Positions 8,769 through 18,599 of a stretch of 64,000 nt of DNA are shown here, in pieces. The stretch is from positions 512,001 to 576,000 of the forward strand of contig CBDEFM010000002.1 in NCBI GenBank assembly GCA_965237415.1, given 5' to 3'. The position numbers and the translations under genes were made by a program. This DNA is from Alphaproteobacteria bacterium (GTDB lineage Bacteria > Pseudomonadota > Alphaproteobacteria > UBA828). Positions within the stretch are counted from its first letter, which is position 1. The number at the start of each line of letters is the position of its first letter. Under the pieces are notes generated by a model, which was given only the letters and a program-made list of their open reading frames with translations, was not told the DNA's origin and ran no database searches.

Positions 8769-9917
8769 TCAGTCGGACTGTCTCGCTGACCTGACCGTCA
8801 ACATTGTCTCGTCGCTTCGCTGCTCGATGACCGATTGGAACGGATAGCCGAGACCCCATGACGGGGTGTCGATCGTCCACGACAGGCGACGGCCCGCTTC
8901 CGTGGGCTCGGAAACCACCCGTCCGCTGGCGACCGGCTCCTCGGGATCCATCAGGATGGAAAATCGGCTGGTCGCCTTTGGTGCAGGGCCGGTGAGGGGG
9001 AGGGGCTCGTCCAACGAGATCACCATGCGGTGCGAGCCCACATCGTGGCGATATCGTTCCAGGGCGCCATCGGCATCCAACTCGATGGTTATGCGGTCGC
9101 GATAACCCGGCAGGTCTGCGACGAGGGCGACACCCCCGGTGCGCACCTCGACATCGAAGGAGAGACCGGCCGCGTCGTCGCTGAGGCGTGACTCGCTTGT
9201 CGCGAACGACCACTGCCCGAAGGGAAAGACCACGATCTGAATCCCGGCGCTGTAGGCGGCGACGAAAGGGTGCTTTCCCTCGGGGTCGTCTCCTGCGCGA
9301 AAGGAGAAGTCCCGACCGTCGATCACGACGCTGTTGCGCTCTGTCAGTGAACCGCTCACCCGGTGAAACAGCATGACCAGTTTCTCGGCCGAGTGACCGG
9401 ACTGGTCCGTCAGACCGTCGTCGTGCCTTTTCAACGGTACGCCCTTGGCTTCGATGGCGATCTCGACCTCCTTGCCGTCGAGACCGGAGAACGAGGCATG
9501 CACGCTCTGTCCTTTCCCAGATTCACCGGCGCGTCGATAGTCGATCTCGCGGTAATGGAAGTTGTCGACGTATTCGGCGATCCGGCGGTCGTCGATGAAG
9601 TGGTGCTGGCGCTTCTCCCCGTCACGCTCGGTGAAGATGACCCAGACGAGCTTGTACGGATTGTGAGGCGCGTCGACGGACATGACCTCGACCGCTTCGT
9701 ATGTCGGGTGACGGGGAAGCCACACATACCAGTGATGATCGAAATGAACGTGGTGGCTCGTCAGGGGCACGGCGGGCGCGAACGCGGCCACGCCACGGCC
9801 GGTGGTCGTGAAGGCCATGCAGGCGAGGACCAGCGCTGCGCCGATCAGCAGCCGAGAAAGGGTAGGGGTGTGAATGCGCATTTTTCGGATGACTCCCAAG
9901 TCAGTATTGGTGGTCAC
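8769..9917 (-). CDS. Hypothetical exported protein
   Basis: 382-aa ORF with N-terminal hydrophobic segment; co-oriented with the upstream three genes; start uncertain. Confidence 0.65.
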   Translation of the reverse strand: MTTNTDLGVIRKMRIHTPTLSRLLIGAALVLACMAFTTTGRGVAAFAPAVPLTSHHVHFDHHWYVWLPRHPTYEAVEVMSVDAPHNPYKLVWVIFTERDGEKRQHHFIDDRRIAEYVDNFHYREIDYRRAGESGKGQSVHASFSGLDGKEVEIAIEAKGVPLKRHDDGLTDQSGHSAEKLVMLFHRVSGSLTERNSVVIDGRDFSFRAGDDPEGKHPFVAAYSAGIQIVVFPFGQWSFATSESRLSDDAAGLSFDVEVRTGGVALVADLPGYRDRITIELDADGALERYRHDVGSHRMVISLDEPLPLTGPAPKATSRFSILMDPEEPVASGRVVSEPTEAGRRLSWTIDTPSWGLGYPFQSVIEQRSDETMLTVRSARQSD

Positions 9918-9961
9918 TACGCCAAGGGGCTGTCAATCGGGCTGAATCGCCCGCCGCCTCA

Positions 9962-10672
9962 TCACTCGTAACAGCCGAAACAGGTGAGCTCGGCGGGGTT
10001 GTGCGGATCGTCGAGCTGTCGTTGCGCCATGAGCGCGTACCTGGACTCCGGCAGCTCGGCGATCATGCGGTGCAGATATACCCGGGCGTCGTCGTGCCTC
10101 TCCAACCGCCAGAGGACTTCCGCGAGCCCGCCGAGAAGTTCGCCCCGGCTGTGCACCGTGAGGGAATCGAACTCGGGCGTGCGCAGCTCAAGGATTTTCG
10201 TGTAGTCCTCGACCGCGGTCTCCAGGTAACGGTTGCGCGACGCAGCATCCTCTGTGTGTCGTGCGACCGACAGGAGCACGGAGGCTCGCGGGATCCGCGT
10301 CTGCAGGCTGTCCGGCGCAAGCGAGACGGCACGGTCGAACTGGGCGAGGCTCTTGTCGAACAGCGCCTGCCCCGTATTCCAGTCGCCCCGTGCGAAGGCC
10401 ATGCCTGACTGGAAGCTCCAGCCCGTTGCCTGCCAGACCAGGGCGCCAGGATGGTCCGGATCCGCCTCCAGCGTCTCGTCCACGTACGCCATGCCGCGCT
10501 CCAGCGCCTCGTCGTTGCCGGCGAAGCCCGCGGAGAAGAGTTCCCGGACCGTCTCGTTGAAGCGCTCCGGCTCATTGGCCATGGTCGGGGCGGCCAGCAG
10601 GAGGCCCAGCAACAGCGCAACGAGGCCTAGAATGCGCGCGTTCCGGCGCTGATACGTCTTCGATGATCCCAT
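9962..10672 (-). CDS. Secreted helical (TPR-like) protein with C-terminal CxxCY
   Basis: Signal peptide, amphipathic helical repeats, ends TCFGCYE; purine-rich RBS before ATG 10672. Confidence 0.72.
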   Translation of the reverse strand: MGSSKTYQRRNARILGLVALLLGLLLAAPTMANEPERFNETVRELFSAGFAGNDEALERGMAYVDETLEADPDHPGALVWQATGWSFQSGMAFARGDWNTGQALFDKSLAQFDRAVSLAPDSLQTRIPRASVLLSVARHTEDAASRNRYLETAVEDYTKILELRTPEFDSLTVHSRGELLGGLAEVLWRLERHDDARVYLHRMIAELPESRYALMAQRQLDDPHNPAELTCFGCYE

Positions 10673-10689
10673 GTCTTTCTCCCTTTCGT

Positions 10690-10995
10690 TCAGGCGCCGG
10701 CGCCTTCGCCCTCCAGAATGTCGCGCAGATAGGCCACATGGTTCTGGAAGGCGCGCCGTCCCGGCGCGGTGATGCGGACTCGCGTTCGCGGCCGCTTGCC
10801 TACGAAATCCTTCACCACGGTTACGTAGCCGGTCTTCTCCAGGGTCGTGAGGTGCGATCCGAGATTGCCGTCGGTGGCGCCGGTGATCGCCTTCAGCCGA
10901 ACGAATTCCAGCATTTCGCGGCGTGGCAGGGCGTTGAGCGCCGACATGATCTTGAGCCGCGTCGACTGGTGGACGATCTCGTCGGGTGCGCTCAT
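10690..10995 (-). CDS. Winged-helix transcriptional regulator (HTH_34 / ArsR-MarR-like)
   Basis: IVHQSTRLKIMSAL, TDGNLGSHL..LE..GYV, KDFVGKRPRT. Confidence 0.88.
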   Translation of the reverse strand: MSAPDEIVHQSTRLKIMSALNALPRREMLEFVRLKAITGATDGNLGSHLTTLEKTGYVTVVKDFVGKRPRTRVRITAPGRRAFQNHVAYLRDILEGEGAGA

Positions 10996-11558
10996 CAGGC
11001 ACGTCTGAACCAGAAGCCGCCGAGGATGAGGGCACCGCCGCCCACAAAGGGAACGATTAACGGCAATTGCTCAGGCGCGAGGTGAAAGACCCCGACGGCG
11101 AGGCCGGCCAGCGCAACGCCCACGACCGCATAGCGAACGCCGACCCAGCACCCAGCGACGGCGTAGACTGCCGCCACTACAAGGGTGATGAGCATCAGAA
11201 CCTCGTCGCTGGACACCGGTACGAAAACCATGAGCGATAGCCCGACAAACGCCGCCAGCACAGCGAACGTCCCGAGGTAGCGGAGCAGGCGAACGCGGTC
11301 GTCGCGATTGTCGGATCGGCGCGCGTAGCGCACGACCAGAATTGCACTGCCGAGGAGGCCAATGACGTCGACGGCGGCCCAACCGATACCGACGTTGGCG
11401 GGTGAAAGTGCCCCAACGGCACCGGCAACGATCCAGAGAGCGCCCCACAGCATGAAGTAGGGACTCGCCAGGCCATACAGAAACAGCGTTTGACTGCGGC
11501 GTTCTGCCGTCTCGACGTCGTGCAGCGCTGACTGGGCTTCGTCCTTGCTCACGCTCAT
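10995..11558 (-). CDS. Hypothetical integral membrane protein (about 6 TM)
   Basis: Hydrophobic; TGATG stop/start overlap with the regulator gene. Confidence 0.78.
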   Translation of the reverse strand: MSVSKDEAQSALHDVETAERRSQTLFLYGLASPYFMLWGALWIVAGAVGALSPANVGIGWAAVDVIGLLGSAILVVRYARRSDNRDDRVRLLRYLGTFAVLAAFVGLSLMVFVPVSSDEVLMLITLVVAAVYAVAGCWVGVRYAVVGVALAGLAVGVFHLAPEQLPLIVPFVGGGALILGGFWFRRA

Positions 11559-11610
11559 GGCTTGCTCCGCGCTTTCGGGTATGCGCTAGGCAGGAGCATA
11601 GTCGGACTAC

Positions 11611-11627
11611 ACTCTGCAATACAGAGT
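11611..11627. promoter_or_regulatory. Palindromic operator ACTCTG-N5-CAGAGT
   Basis: Perfect 6-bp inverted repeat about 50 bp upstream of the wHTH operon. Confidence 0.55.
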
Positions 11628-11646
11628 AATCTGTATGCCAAAACGG

Positions 11647-11675
11647 CTTGATTTGCGTCTCCGCTATTCCCACAT
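11647..11675 (+). promoter_or_regulatory. RpoH (sigma32)-type promoter for hsp20
   Basis: CTTG...CCCACAT resembles alphaproteobacterial RpoH -35/-10 elements. Confidence 0.6.
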
Positions 11676-11762
11676 GGAAGAGGCAAGCGTGGCCAGCGGC
11701 ATGGCAGCTGCCGCAATCGATCGCAACAGGGCGCGCGCCGCCGCCGGGCGCACCCGCCGAGA

Positions 11763-11779
11763 CTCGCTCGATGGAGGAG
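11763..11779 (+). promoter_or_regulatory. ROSE-like RNA thermometer hairpin occluding the SD
   Basis: CUC(G)CUC pairs with GAGGAG across a GAUG loop, leaving a bulged G opposite the SD. Confidence 0.6.
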
Positions 11780-11788
11780 GGCTGGGCG

Positions 11789-12214
11789 ATGGCACGAATG
11801 TCACCTTTCAGCAGCCCCCTTCTGCTCGGCTTCGATCGCCTGGAAGAAGTGGTCGACCGTCTGACGCGCTCTTCGACCGAGGGCTATCCCCCGTACAATG
11901 TCGTGCAAGTGGCGGACGATCGGTTGCGCATCAGCCTCGCCGTGGCGGGGTTCGATGAAGACGGTCTCGACGTCACGGTCGAGCGCAACGAGCTGCACAT
12001 CAGAGCCCGGCAGGCCGAAGACAACGGCGCCGTCTACCTCTATCGCGGCATCGCAGCGCGCCAGTTCCATCGCACGTTCCTACTTGCCGACGGGATCGAG
12101 GTAGACGGCGCGCACCTCGATAGCGGATTGCTTCACATCGACCTTACCCGCCCCGCCAGGCCCGAGATCGTGAAGACCGTTCCGGTCAAGGGCGCCGGTG
12201 GGGAAGGGAACTAG
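11789..12214 (+). CDS. Small heat shock protein (Hsp20/IbpA family)
   Basis: SPLLLGFD, YPPYN, LAVAGF, YRGIAARQF, GLLHIDL. Confidence 0.93.
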   Translation: MARMSPFSSPLLLGFDRLEEVVDRLTRSSTEGYPPYNVVQVADDRLRISLAVAGFDEDGLDVTVERNELHIRARQAEDNGAVYLYRGIAARQFHRTFLLADGIEVDGAHLDSGLLHIDLTRPARPEIVKTVPVKGAGGEGN

Positions 12215-12289
12215 TGAATGCGCGTTTTGTGTGAGTGGGCGCGGCGGACGCTGCTGCGGCTTCCGCGCCAGGGTTGAAGGAGGATGGTC

Positions 12290-12505
12290 ATGAATGACGG
12301 CGATCGGGCCACTGCCGGCGAGCAGAGGGACTACGTCCACTTCCTCACCGGCAACGAAGCCTACATCCGGGAAGTCTTGGTGGACGGCGCCGCCGTCTAC
12401 GGCATCCACGCGCCGGACGGCCGCCTCCTCGGTGTCGCGCCGGACCGCGATATCGCGTTCGCCGCCGCCCGCCAGCACCAGCTCGAGCCGCTCAGCGTCC
12501 ACTAG
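12290..12505 (+). CDS. DUF1150 family protein
   Basis: YGIHAPDG...AFAAARQHQLEPLSVH; commonly adjacent to hsp20; strong RBS. Confidence 0.82.
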   Translation: MNDGDRATAGEQRDYVHFLTGNEAYIREVLVDGAAVYGIHAPDGRLLGVAPDRDIAFAAARQHQLEPLSVH

Positions 12506-12535
12506 GCAGAGAAGTCCAAGAACGACGTTGCGAAC

Positions 12536-14245
12536 TCAGTCGGAGTCGGCCTTCCGGACGGAGTCCGCAGCGGGAAGCTCCAGACGAAAACTCGCGCCGA
12601 GGACGACGCCCGCCGGATCGTAGCGGTTGGCGCAGATCAATCGGCCGCCATGTGCTTCGGCGATCTGGTGCGAGATACTGAGCCCAAGACCCGAATGGGT
12701 GCCGAAGGTCTCGCCCTCGGGGCGGAGTGTGTAGAAGCGTCGGAAGATTGCCTCTTCCATCCCGACCGGCACGCCGGGGCCCTCATCGTCGACGCTGACA
12801 ACGACCTCGGCGCCGTCCCGGCGGAGCCCGAGCGCGATCGACCCGCCTCGCGGGCTGAACGAGCGGGCGTTGCTGACGAGATTCTGGAGCACCTGGGCGA
12901 GGCGATCCTCGACGCCCTGCACCAGGAACGGACCGTCGCCTTCGATCTCTACGCGGATGGCCTCGGAACCTTCACTCATCGATGAGGCTACGCCTTGCAT
13001 CTCCGCGAGCGTCGTCAGCATGGCACGAAGATCGACGGGCTCCAGTTGAGCGCGGGCCAGCTCGGTATCGATCTTGGAGGCATCGGCGATCTGGCTCAGC
13101 AGCCGGTCCAGCCTCTTCACATCCTCGCCCACGAGCGCGAGCAGCTTCGCGCGCTTCTCTTCGTCGGTGACGCGCCGGGCCGTATCGACGGCGCTGAGCA
13201 CGGAGCTGAGCGGGTTCTTCACCTCGTGCGCCACGTCGGCGACGAACCGCTCGATCGCGTCCATCCGCACCCACAACGCCTCGGTCATGTCCCGCAACGC
13301 CGCAGAGAGGCGCCCGATCTCGTCGTTCCGCGCCGTGAAATCGGGGATCGCCACCTTGCGCCCGCTGCCGGCACGCACCCGCTCCGCCGCGCGCGCGAGC
13401 CGGCGCACCGGGCGGGTGATCGTGCCTGCGAAAAAGAGGCTGAGGACAATGGTAATCCCGAGCGCGATGCTGAACGCCTGAAGAATAGTGAAGCGGGCGT
13501 TGCGGACGCTTTCCAGCACATCGCTGGCATCCGCCACCAGGAGCAGGGCGCCCTGAACCCGGCGGAACGGCTGGATCGGCGCGGCCACGACGGCGACCAG
13601 CCGGGCGTCCTGCGTTCTGTGCATGGCGCGCCCGGCGCTACCCTGCAGTGCGCTCAGCACCTTGGGGTGGTCGGCCGCGCGCGGTTCGCTGGGCTCGATA
13701 TAGAGGGGGACCGTCGTGCGGGGCGGCAAGCGCGCCGTGATCCACTCATAGGCAGCGTCCGCCGCCCGGCCGAGGACACCGCGGCCTTCCTCCGGGGGCG
13801 GCAATTCCGTCGTCTGCACCGGCGCCATGGGCAGCCGCCACGAGTCGACCGCGAGAGTCCCATCGGCGTTGAAGAGAAGCGCGCGTGTATCGATCGGCAG
13901 GTTCAGCCGGTGGACGAGGGTTGCAGCGTCCGTCGGGTCAAGGCCGGCCTCGGACGTGCCGGCGGTGCCGACCGCGCCCTCGCCGAGCGCCGCGGCCAGC
14001 AAGGTGGCTTCGCGAGAGAGCGAGTCGAGCTTGGCATCCATCAGGTCGAGTTGGAGTTGGTCGAGATAAAAGAAGCCCGCCACCAGGACTCCCAAGGCCA
14101 TGACGTTGATGGCGAGAATTCGAGCCGTGAGCGGAAAGGCGAGGCGCGGCCTGAGGCCACGCCTGCTCTTCGCCTGAGGAGCGTTCGGCGCCGCCTTCAG
14201 ATCGTGCTCGATCGGATCACGGCGATGTGTATCGGTAGCCGACAC
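12536..14245 (-). CDS. chvG: Sensor histidine kinase ChvG/ExoS
   Basis: [14 protein letters not shown]-box [18 protein letters not shown]; follows chvI. GTG start at 14245 is inferred. Confidence 0.88.
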   Translation of the reverse strand: MSATDTHRRDPIEHDLKAAPNAPQAKSRRGLRPRLAFPLTARILAINVMALGVLVAGFFYLDQLQLDLMDAKLDSLSREATLLAAALGEGAVGTAGTSEAGLDPTDAATLVHRLNLPIDTRALLFNADGTLAVDSWRLPMAPVQTTELPPPEEGRGVLGRAADAAYEWITARLPPRTTVPLYIEPSEPRAADHPKVLSALQGSAGRAMHRTQDARLVAVVAAPIQPFRRVQGALLLVADASDVLESVRNARFTILQAFSIALGITIVLSLFFAGTITRPVRRLARAAERVRAGSGRKVAIPDFTARNDEIGRLSAALRDMTEALWVRMDAIERFVADVAHEVKNPLSSVLSAVDTARRVTDEEKRAKLLALVGEDVKRLDRLLSQIADASKIDTELARAQLEPVDLRAMLTTLAEMQGVASSMSEGSEAIRVEIEGDGPFLVQGVEDRLAQVLQNLVSNARSFSPRGGSIALGLRRDGAEVVVSVDDEGPGVPVGMEEAIFRRFYTLRPEGETFGTHSGLGLSISHQIAEAHGGRLICANRYDPAGVVLGASFRLELPAADSVRKADSD

Positions 14246-14909
14246 CGTAGAGCGTCTCGATCTGCGAGAAGGCCGGATCGATGACCCTGAACTTCTTGCG
14301 GATGCGCTTGACGTGGCTGTCGATGGTTCGGTCCTCGACATAGATCTGGTCGCCGTAGGCGGCATCCATCAATTGGTTTCGGCTCTTCACGTGACCGGGG
14401 TGCTGGGCCAGCGCCTTCAACAGCAGGAACTCGGTCACCGTGAGGGAGAGCGCTTCGCCCCGCCACGTGCAGAGATGACGGTCCTCGTCCAGCACGAGCT
14501 GGCCGCGCACCAGGAGCATACGTTCCGAGTCGGCATTCTTGGCCGGCTCGGCGCGTCGCAGGATCGTCCGGATCCTTTCGATCAAGAGGCGGATCGAGAA
14601 GGGCTTGGTGATGTAGTCGTCCGCCCCCTGGCTCAGACCGTAGAGTTGATCGTCCTCGGCATCCTTCGAGGTCAGAAACACCACTGGCACCGCCGAATGC
14701 TTCCGTATCTGGGCGAGCAGTTCCATGCCGTCCATCTGCGGCATCTTGATATCGAGTACCGCGAGATCGACCGGCCGGCTGAGCAGGTCCTGTAGCGCCT
14801 TCACCGGGTCGCTGTGGGGCCGGACGACAAAGCCTTCCGCCTCGAGCGCCATGGTGACCGAGGTCAGCAGATGCCGGTCGTCGTCCACGAGCGCGATGGT
14901 CGAAGGCAC
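14217..14909 (-). CDS. chvI: OmpR-family response regulator ChvI
   Basis: [42 protein letters not shown]. Confidence 0.93.
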   Translation of the reverse strand: MPSTIALVDDDRHLLTSVTMALEAEGFVVRPHSDPVKALQDLLSRPVDLAVLDIKMPQMDGMELLAQIRKHSAVPVVFLTSKDAEDDQLYGLSQGADDYITKPFSIRLLIERIRTILRRAEPAKNADSERMLLVRGQLVLDEDRHLCTWRGEALSLTVTEFLLLKALAQHPGHVKSRNQLMDAAYGDQIYVEDRTIDSHVKRIRKKFRVIDPAFSQIETLYGVGYRYTSP

Positions 14910-15003
14910 CGTTTGTCACTCCTCCTCCCAGACTGCCCCGATTATGGGCCGACTGTGGCCATTTTGGGGCGCTAATCCGGCCGCTCGCGCTGGCACAGGC
15001 TCC

Positions 15004-16386
15004 TCAATAGCGGGCGATCGGCCGCCGGGCCACGGCGAGGAAGCGGCCCGAGAGAAAAATGCTGGCGGAGAGCGCGCCCGCCAGAATGCCCCACATCAGG
15101 CCGTCGACGCCGATCTCGACCTCGAAAGCCAGCACGTAGCCGATCGGCACCGAGACGCCCCACCACGAGATGAGCTGCAGCCCCGGCGGCACCCAGACGT
15201 CGGCGACGCCGCGCAGCGCGCCCATCAGGACCGCCTGCATCCCGTCGAACACCAGAATGATACCGCAAATGCCGATGAGCGACGCGGCTAACGGCAGAAC
15301 GGCCGGGTCGTCGGTGTAGAGGGTTGCAAGCGGCATGCCGAGGCCGAGGAACGGCCCCGCAAAGCAGGCCATGAGGCAGGCGGTGAGTAGGACACCCGCC
15401 CATCCGGCGCGCGTGATATCGGTCGAGTTGCGGCGGCCCACCGCATTGCCGACCCGGATCATGCTCGCCGCGGCGGTCCCGATCGCGACCATGAAGACGA
15501 GTCCGATCAGGTTGTAGCCGATCTGGTAGGCGGCCAGCGAGGTCGTGCCGAGATGGCCGGCCAGCATCACCAGGGCCCCGAAGGCCAACGTCTCGAGACC
15601 CCGTGCGGCGCCCAGCGGATAGCCGATGCGCCTGAGTCGCTTCGAGATCGCCCAGAAATCCGAGACCGGCTGGTGCATACCGAGCGCGCGGGCATCGGGC
15701 AGGCGCAACACGACGACCAAGAGTGCACCGAACATGACCCAGCGCACCAGCGAGGTCGCGATGGCGGCACCTTCCGCCCCCATCTCGGGGCCGCCCCAGT
15801 TGCCGAAGATGAAGATCCAGTTGAGCAATGCGTTGAGAAGCACCGCGGCGAACATGACCAGCATGCCGGGGATCGGCCGGCTGAGGCCCTCCAGGAAGTG
15901 CGTGCACACCACCCACATCATCAGCGCCGGCGAGCCCCAGGCGATCATTTCGAGCACGCGGCCGCCGCCGATGACGACCTCCGGCTCCTGCCCCGTCGCC
16001 TCCAATGTCCAGCGCCCGAGCAGGCAGAGGAGAGCCATGACCACGCCGAGGACGGCGCCGTGGACGAAGCTCACGCGCCAGTAGGCGCCGCAGGCGGCAC
16101 TGTCGCGCGCGCCGTGCGCCTGGGCGACGAGGATAACCGTGCCCTGAAGCAGCCCGACGCCGATCAGGACCATCACCACCTGTGCGGCGTTCGCCGCGGC
16201 GTAGTAGGCGAGGGACTCGGTTCCGTAATGCCCCAGCATCGCGGAATCGATGGCGACCATGACGAGGAGGCCGGCGCGCGCGAAAATCACCGGGCCGGCG
16301 AGCCGGAGCGTCCGAATCAGGTGGCGCTCGAACGGCATGGCCGTGCTCACCGGCCGCTCGGGCGCGACAGCGACTCCCTTAGTCAT
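15004..16386 (-). CDS. MATE family efflux transporter
   Basis: LRLAGP, D..MLGH.G, FDGMQ..GALRG..D; about 12 TM. Confidence 0.9.
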   Translation of the reverse strand: MTKGVAVAPERPVSTAMPFERHLIRTLRLAGPVIFARAGLLVMVAIDSAMLGHYGTESLAYYAAANAAQVVMVLIGVGLLQGTVILVAQAHGARDSAACGAYWRVSFVHGAVLGVVMALLCLLGRWTLEATGQEPEVVIGGGRVLEMIAWGSPALMMWVVCTHFLEGLSRPIPGMLVMFAAVLLNALLNWIFIFGNWGGPEMGAEGAAIATSLVRWVMFGALLVVVLRLPDARALGMHQPVSDFWAISKRLRRIGYPLGAARGLETLAFGALVMLAGHLGTTSLAAYQIGYNLIGLVFMVAIGTAAASMIRVGNAVGRRNSTDITRAGWAGVLLTACLMACFAGPFLGLGMPLATLYTDDPAVLPLAASLIGICGIILVFDGMQAVLMGALRGVADVWVPPGLQLISWWGVSVPIGYVLAFEVEIGVDGLMWGILAGALSASIFLSGRFLAVARRPIARY

Positions 16387-16698
16387 GGCGCCGGACCCTA
16401 ACCGATTTGCCGGGGCAGTAGACAGGATTGCGCACCGGAGAGTCGGGAATTCGCCCGTGCATGCATCGTCGAAAGCGCCGTGGCGGGCCTCGCTTGACTA
16501 AGCCCGATAGGGGGGGCATGAGTTGGCAGCGAGACGATTGGCGCGGCCGGCCGGCTACGGATGAGGGGAGGGGCTGTGATCTACCGGTACCGGCCGGCGA
16601 CGATCGCGTCATCGGGTATGCGCCTACGGCCTCGCCCTTGGGGCAGCACCGACGCAAGGCCGATCGGCGCTGTGGGCGTGCGAACCGGGTACTGACGC

Positions 16699-17748
16699 GT
16701 GTCCGTGACCACGAGGGAGGGCGCGGCCGGAGGCGAGCGGCCGACGCGCCGCGGCGGCGCCTACACGGTATCCGCCGCGACAATTCGCCACTGGCAGGAC
16801 GACGAGCTTCCCGAATGGTTCAAGAAGAAACGCGGTAGCGCGCGCTCGCTGATCGTCAACCGCTGGGTGCCGCGGGTCATGGTCGGCCTGCCGATCGCGG
16901 TGCTCCTCTTCATCGTCGCCTATCCCACCGTGCAGATGGCGTACTACGCCTTCCACGACATCAATATGGTGAGTCTCTTCAAGGGCGACTACGGGCTGGT
17001 CGGCTTCACCAACTTCGAGCGGGTGCTGACCTCCGACCGCTTCCACGGCTCCGTAATTAATCTCATTCAGTACCTGTTTTTCGGCGCGGTGCTTCAGGTG
17101 ATCATCGGCACCGCGCTCGCGCTCATCCTTCACCACTGCGTGCGCAACAACGCCGCCCGGCTCGTCATTCTGGTCATCCTCGTGATGCCCATGATGCTGC
17201 CGCCCTCGATCGTGGGCGTGCTGTGGCGCTTCCTCTTCAACCCGTCGAACGGCGCGATCAACCAGGCGCTGCTCGATATCGGCCTGATCAAGGCGCATAT
17301 CGAGTGGTTCCAGATCGGCATCTCGCTCTGGACCATAACCATTGCCGACATATGGGAATGGACGTCGCTGCCCTTCCTCATTGTCTTCAGCGGCCGACTG
17401 GGCCTGCCGCCTTCGATCTACGAAGCGGCGAGGGTGGACGGCGCCTCGCCCTTCCTCACGCTCCGGCGGATCACGCTGCCGATGCTGAAGGAGGTCATCG
17501 CCATCGCCTTCATCATCCGCTTCATGGATGCGTACAAGTTCGTCGACAAGGTCTACGTCATGACCTCGGGCGGGCCGGCGCAGTCGTCGGAATTGCCCGC
17601 CTACATCGCCTATCAGCGGGGCGTCAGGGAATTCGAGATCGGCGAGGCGGCGGCCTACGCGTGGATCATCTTCCTCTTTGCCATAATTCTGATCACGCTG
17701 TTTCTGCGCTACCTGAAGCGCGTGCTGCGCGCGCAGGCAATCGCGTGA
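16699..17748 (+). CDS. Carbohydrate (CUT1) ABC transporter permease
   Basis: EAARVDGA motif, GFTNF, ADIWEWT. Confidence 0.9.
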   Translation: MSVTTREGAAGGERPTRRGGAYTVSAATIRHWQDDELPEWFKKKRGSARSLIVNRWVPRVMVGLPIAVLLFIVAYPTVQMAYYAFHDINMVSLFKGDYGLVGFTNFERVLTSDRFHGSVINLIQYLFFGAVLQVIIGTALALILHHCVRNNAARLVILVILVMPMMLPPSIVGVLWRFLFNPSNGAINQALLDIGLIKAHIEWFQIGISLWTITIADIWEWTSLPFLIVFSGRLGLPPSIYEAARVDGASPFLTLRRITLPMLKEVIAIAFIIRFMDAYKFVDKVYVMTSGGPAQSSELPAYIAYQRGVREFEIGEAAAYAWIIFLFAIILITLFLRYLKRVLRAQAIA

Positions 17749-17758
17749 GACCGCCGGC

Positions 17759-18598
17759 ATGAGCCAAAAGAGCTACAGGCTGGTCCGGCTCCTGCTGCTG
17801 ATGTTCCTTGGCCTGTGGCTGGTGCTGATCATGTTCCCCTTCTACTTCCAGATCATCACCTCGCTGAAGGACGTGGCGGAGGTGAACCGCATCGCGCCCA
17901 CGTTCTGGCCCGAAGTGTTCGTGTTCCAAAACTATTCCGCGATCTGGAACGAGCCGGGCAACTTCAAGTCGCTGATCGACAGCTTCATCATCGCCACCGG
18001 CAACACGATCCTGTCGCTGTTCTTCGGCACGTTGGCGGGCTACGCGCTGGCGCGCTTTCCGCGCCAATCGGGCGGCGAGAACGTGGCGATGTGGATCCTG
18101 TCGAACCGCATGTTCCCGCCGGTCGCCGTGCTGTTGCCGATGTTCTTCCTGTTCGAGGAGCTGTTCGGCACCACCGACACGCACATGGCGCTGATCATCC
18201 TCTATCTGGTGTTCAACATGCCGCTCGCGGTGTGGCTGATGATGGTCTTCTTCCGCGACGTGCCGCGCGAGCTGGAGGAGGCGGCTTACGTGGACGGCCA
18301 CAATCCGTTCAAGGTGTTCTTCACGATCACGCTGCCGCTGGTGGGGCCCGGCATGATCGCGGTCGCCATGCTTTGCTGGATCTTCGCGTGGAACGAGTAT
18401 CTGTTCGCCAACATGTTCATCGGCACGGACGTGAAGACCTTCCCGGTCATCATCCCGAGCTTCACGAGCGGCAGCCAGACGCTGTGGAATCTGGTCATGG
18501 CCTTTAGCCTCGTTGCAATGATCCCGCCGGTGGTGCTCTTCATCATCTTGCGCCGCTACATGGTGCGGGGTCTCTCGCTCGGCGTGGTGAAGGGCTGA
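17759..18598 (+). CDS. Carbohydrate (CUT1) ABC transporter permease
   Basis: ELEEAAYVDG, AWNEY, GLSLGVVKG. Confidence 0.9.
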   Translation: MSQKSYRLVRLLLLMFLGLWLVLIMFPFYFQIITSLKDVAEVNRIAPTFWPEVFVFQNYSAIWNEPGNFKSLIDSFIIATGNTILSLFFGTLAGYALARFPRQSGGENVAMWILSNRMFPPVAVLLPMFFLFEELFGTTDTHMALIILYLVFNMPLAVWLMMVFFRDVPRELEEAAYVDGHNPFKVFFTITLPLVGPGMIAVAMLCWIFAWNEYLFANMFIGTDVKTFPVIIPSFTSGSQTLWNLVMAFSLVAMIPPVVLFIILRRYMVRGLSLGVVKG

Positions 18599-18599
18599 G

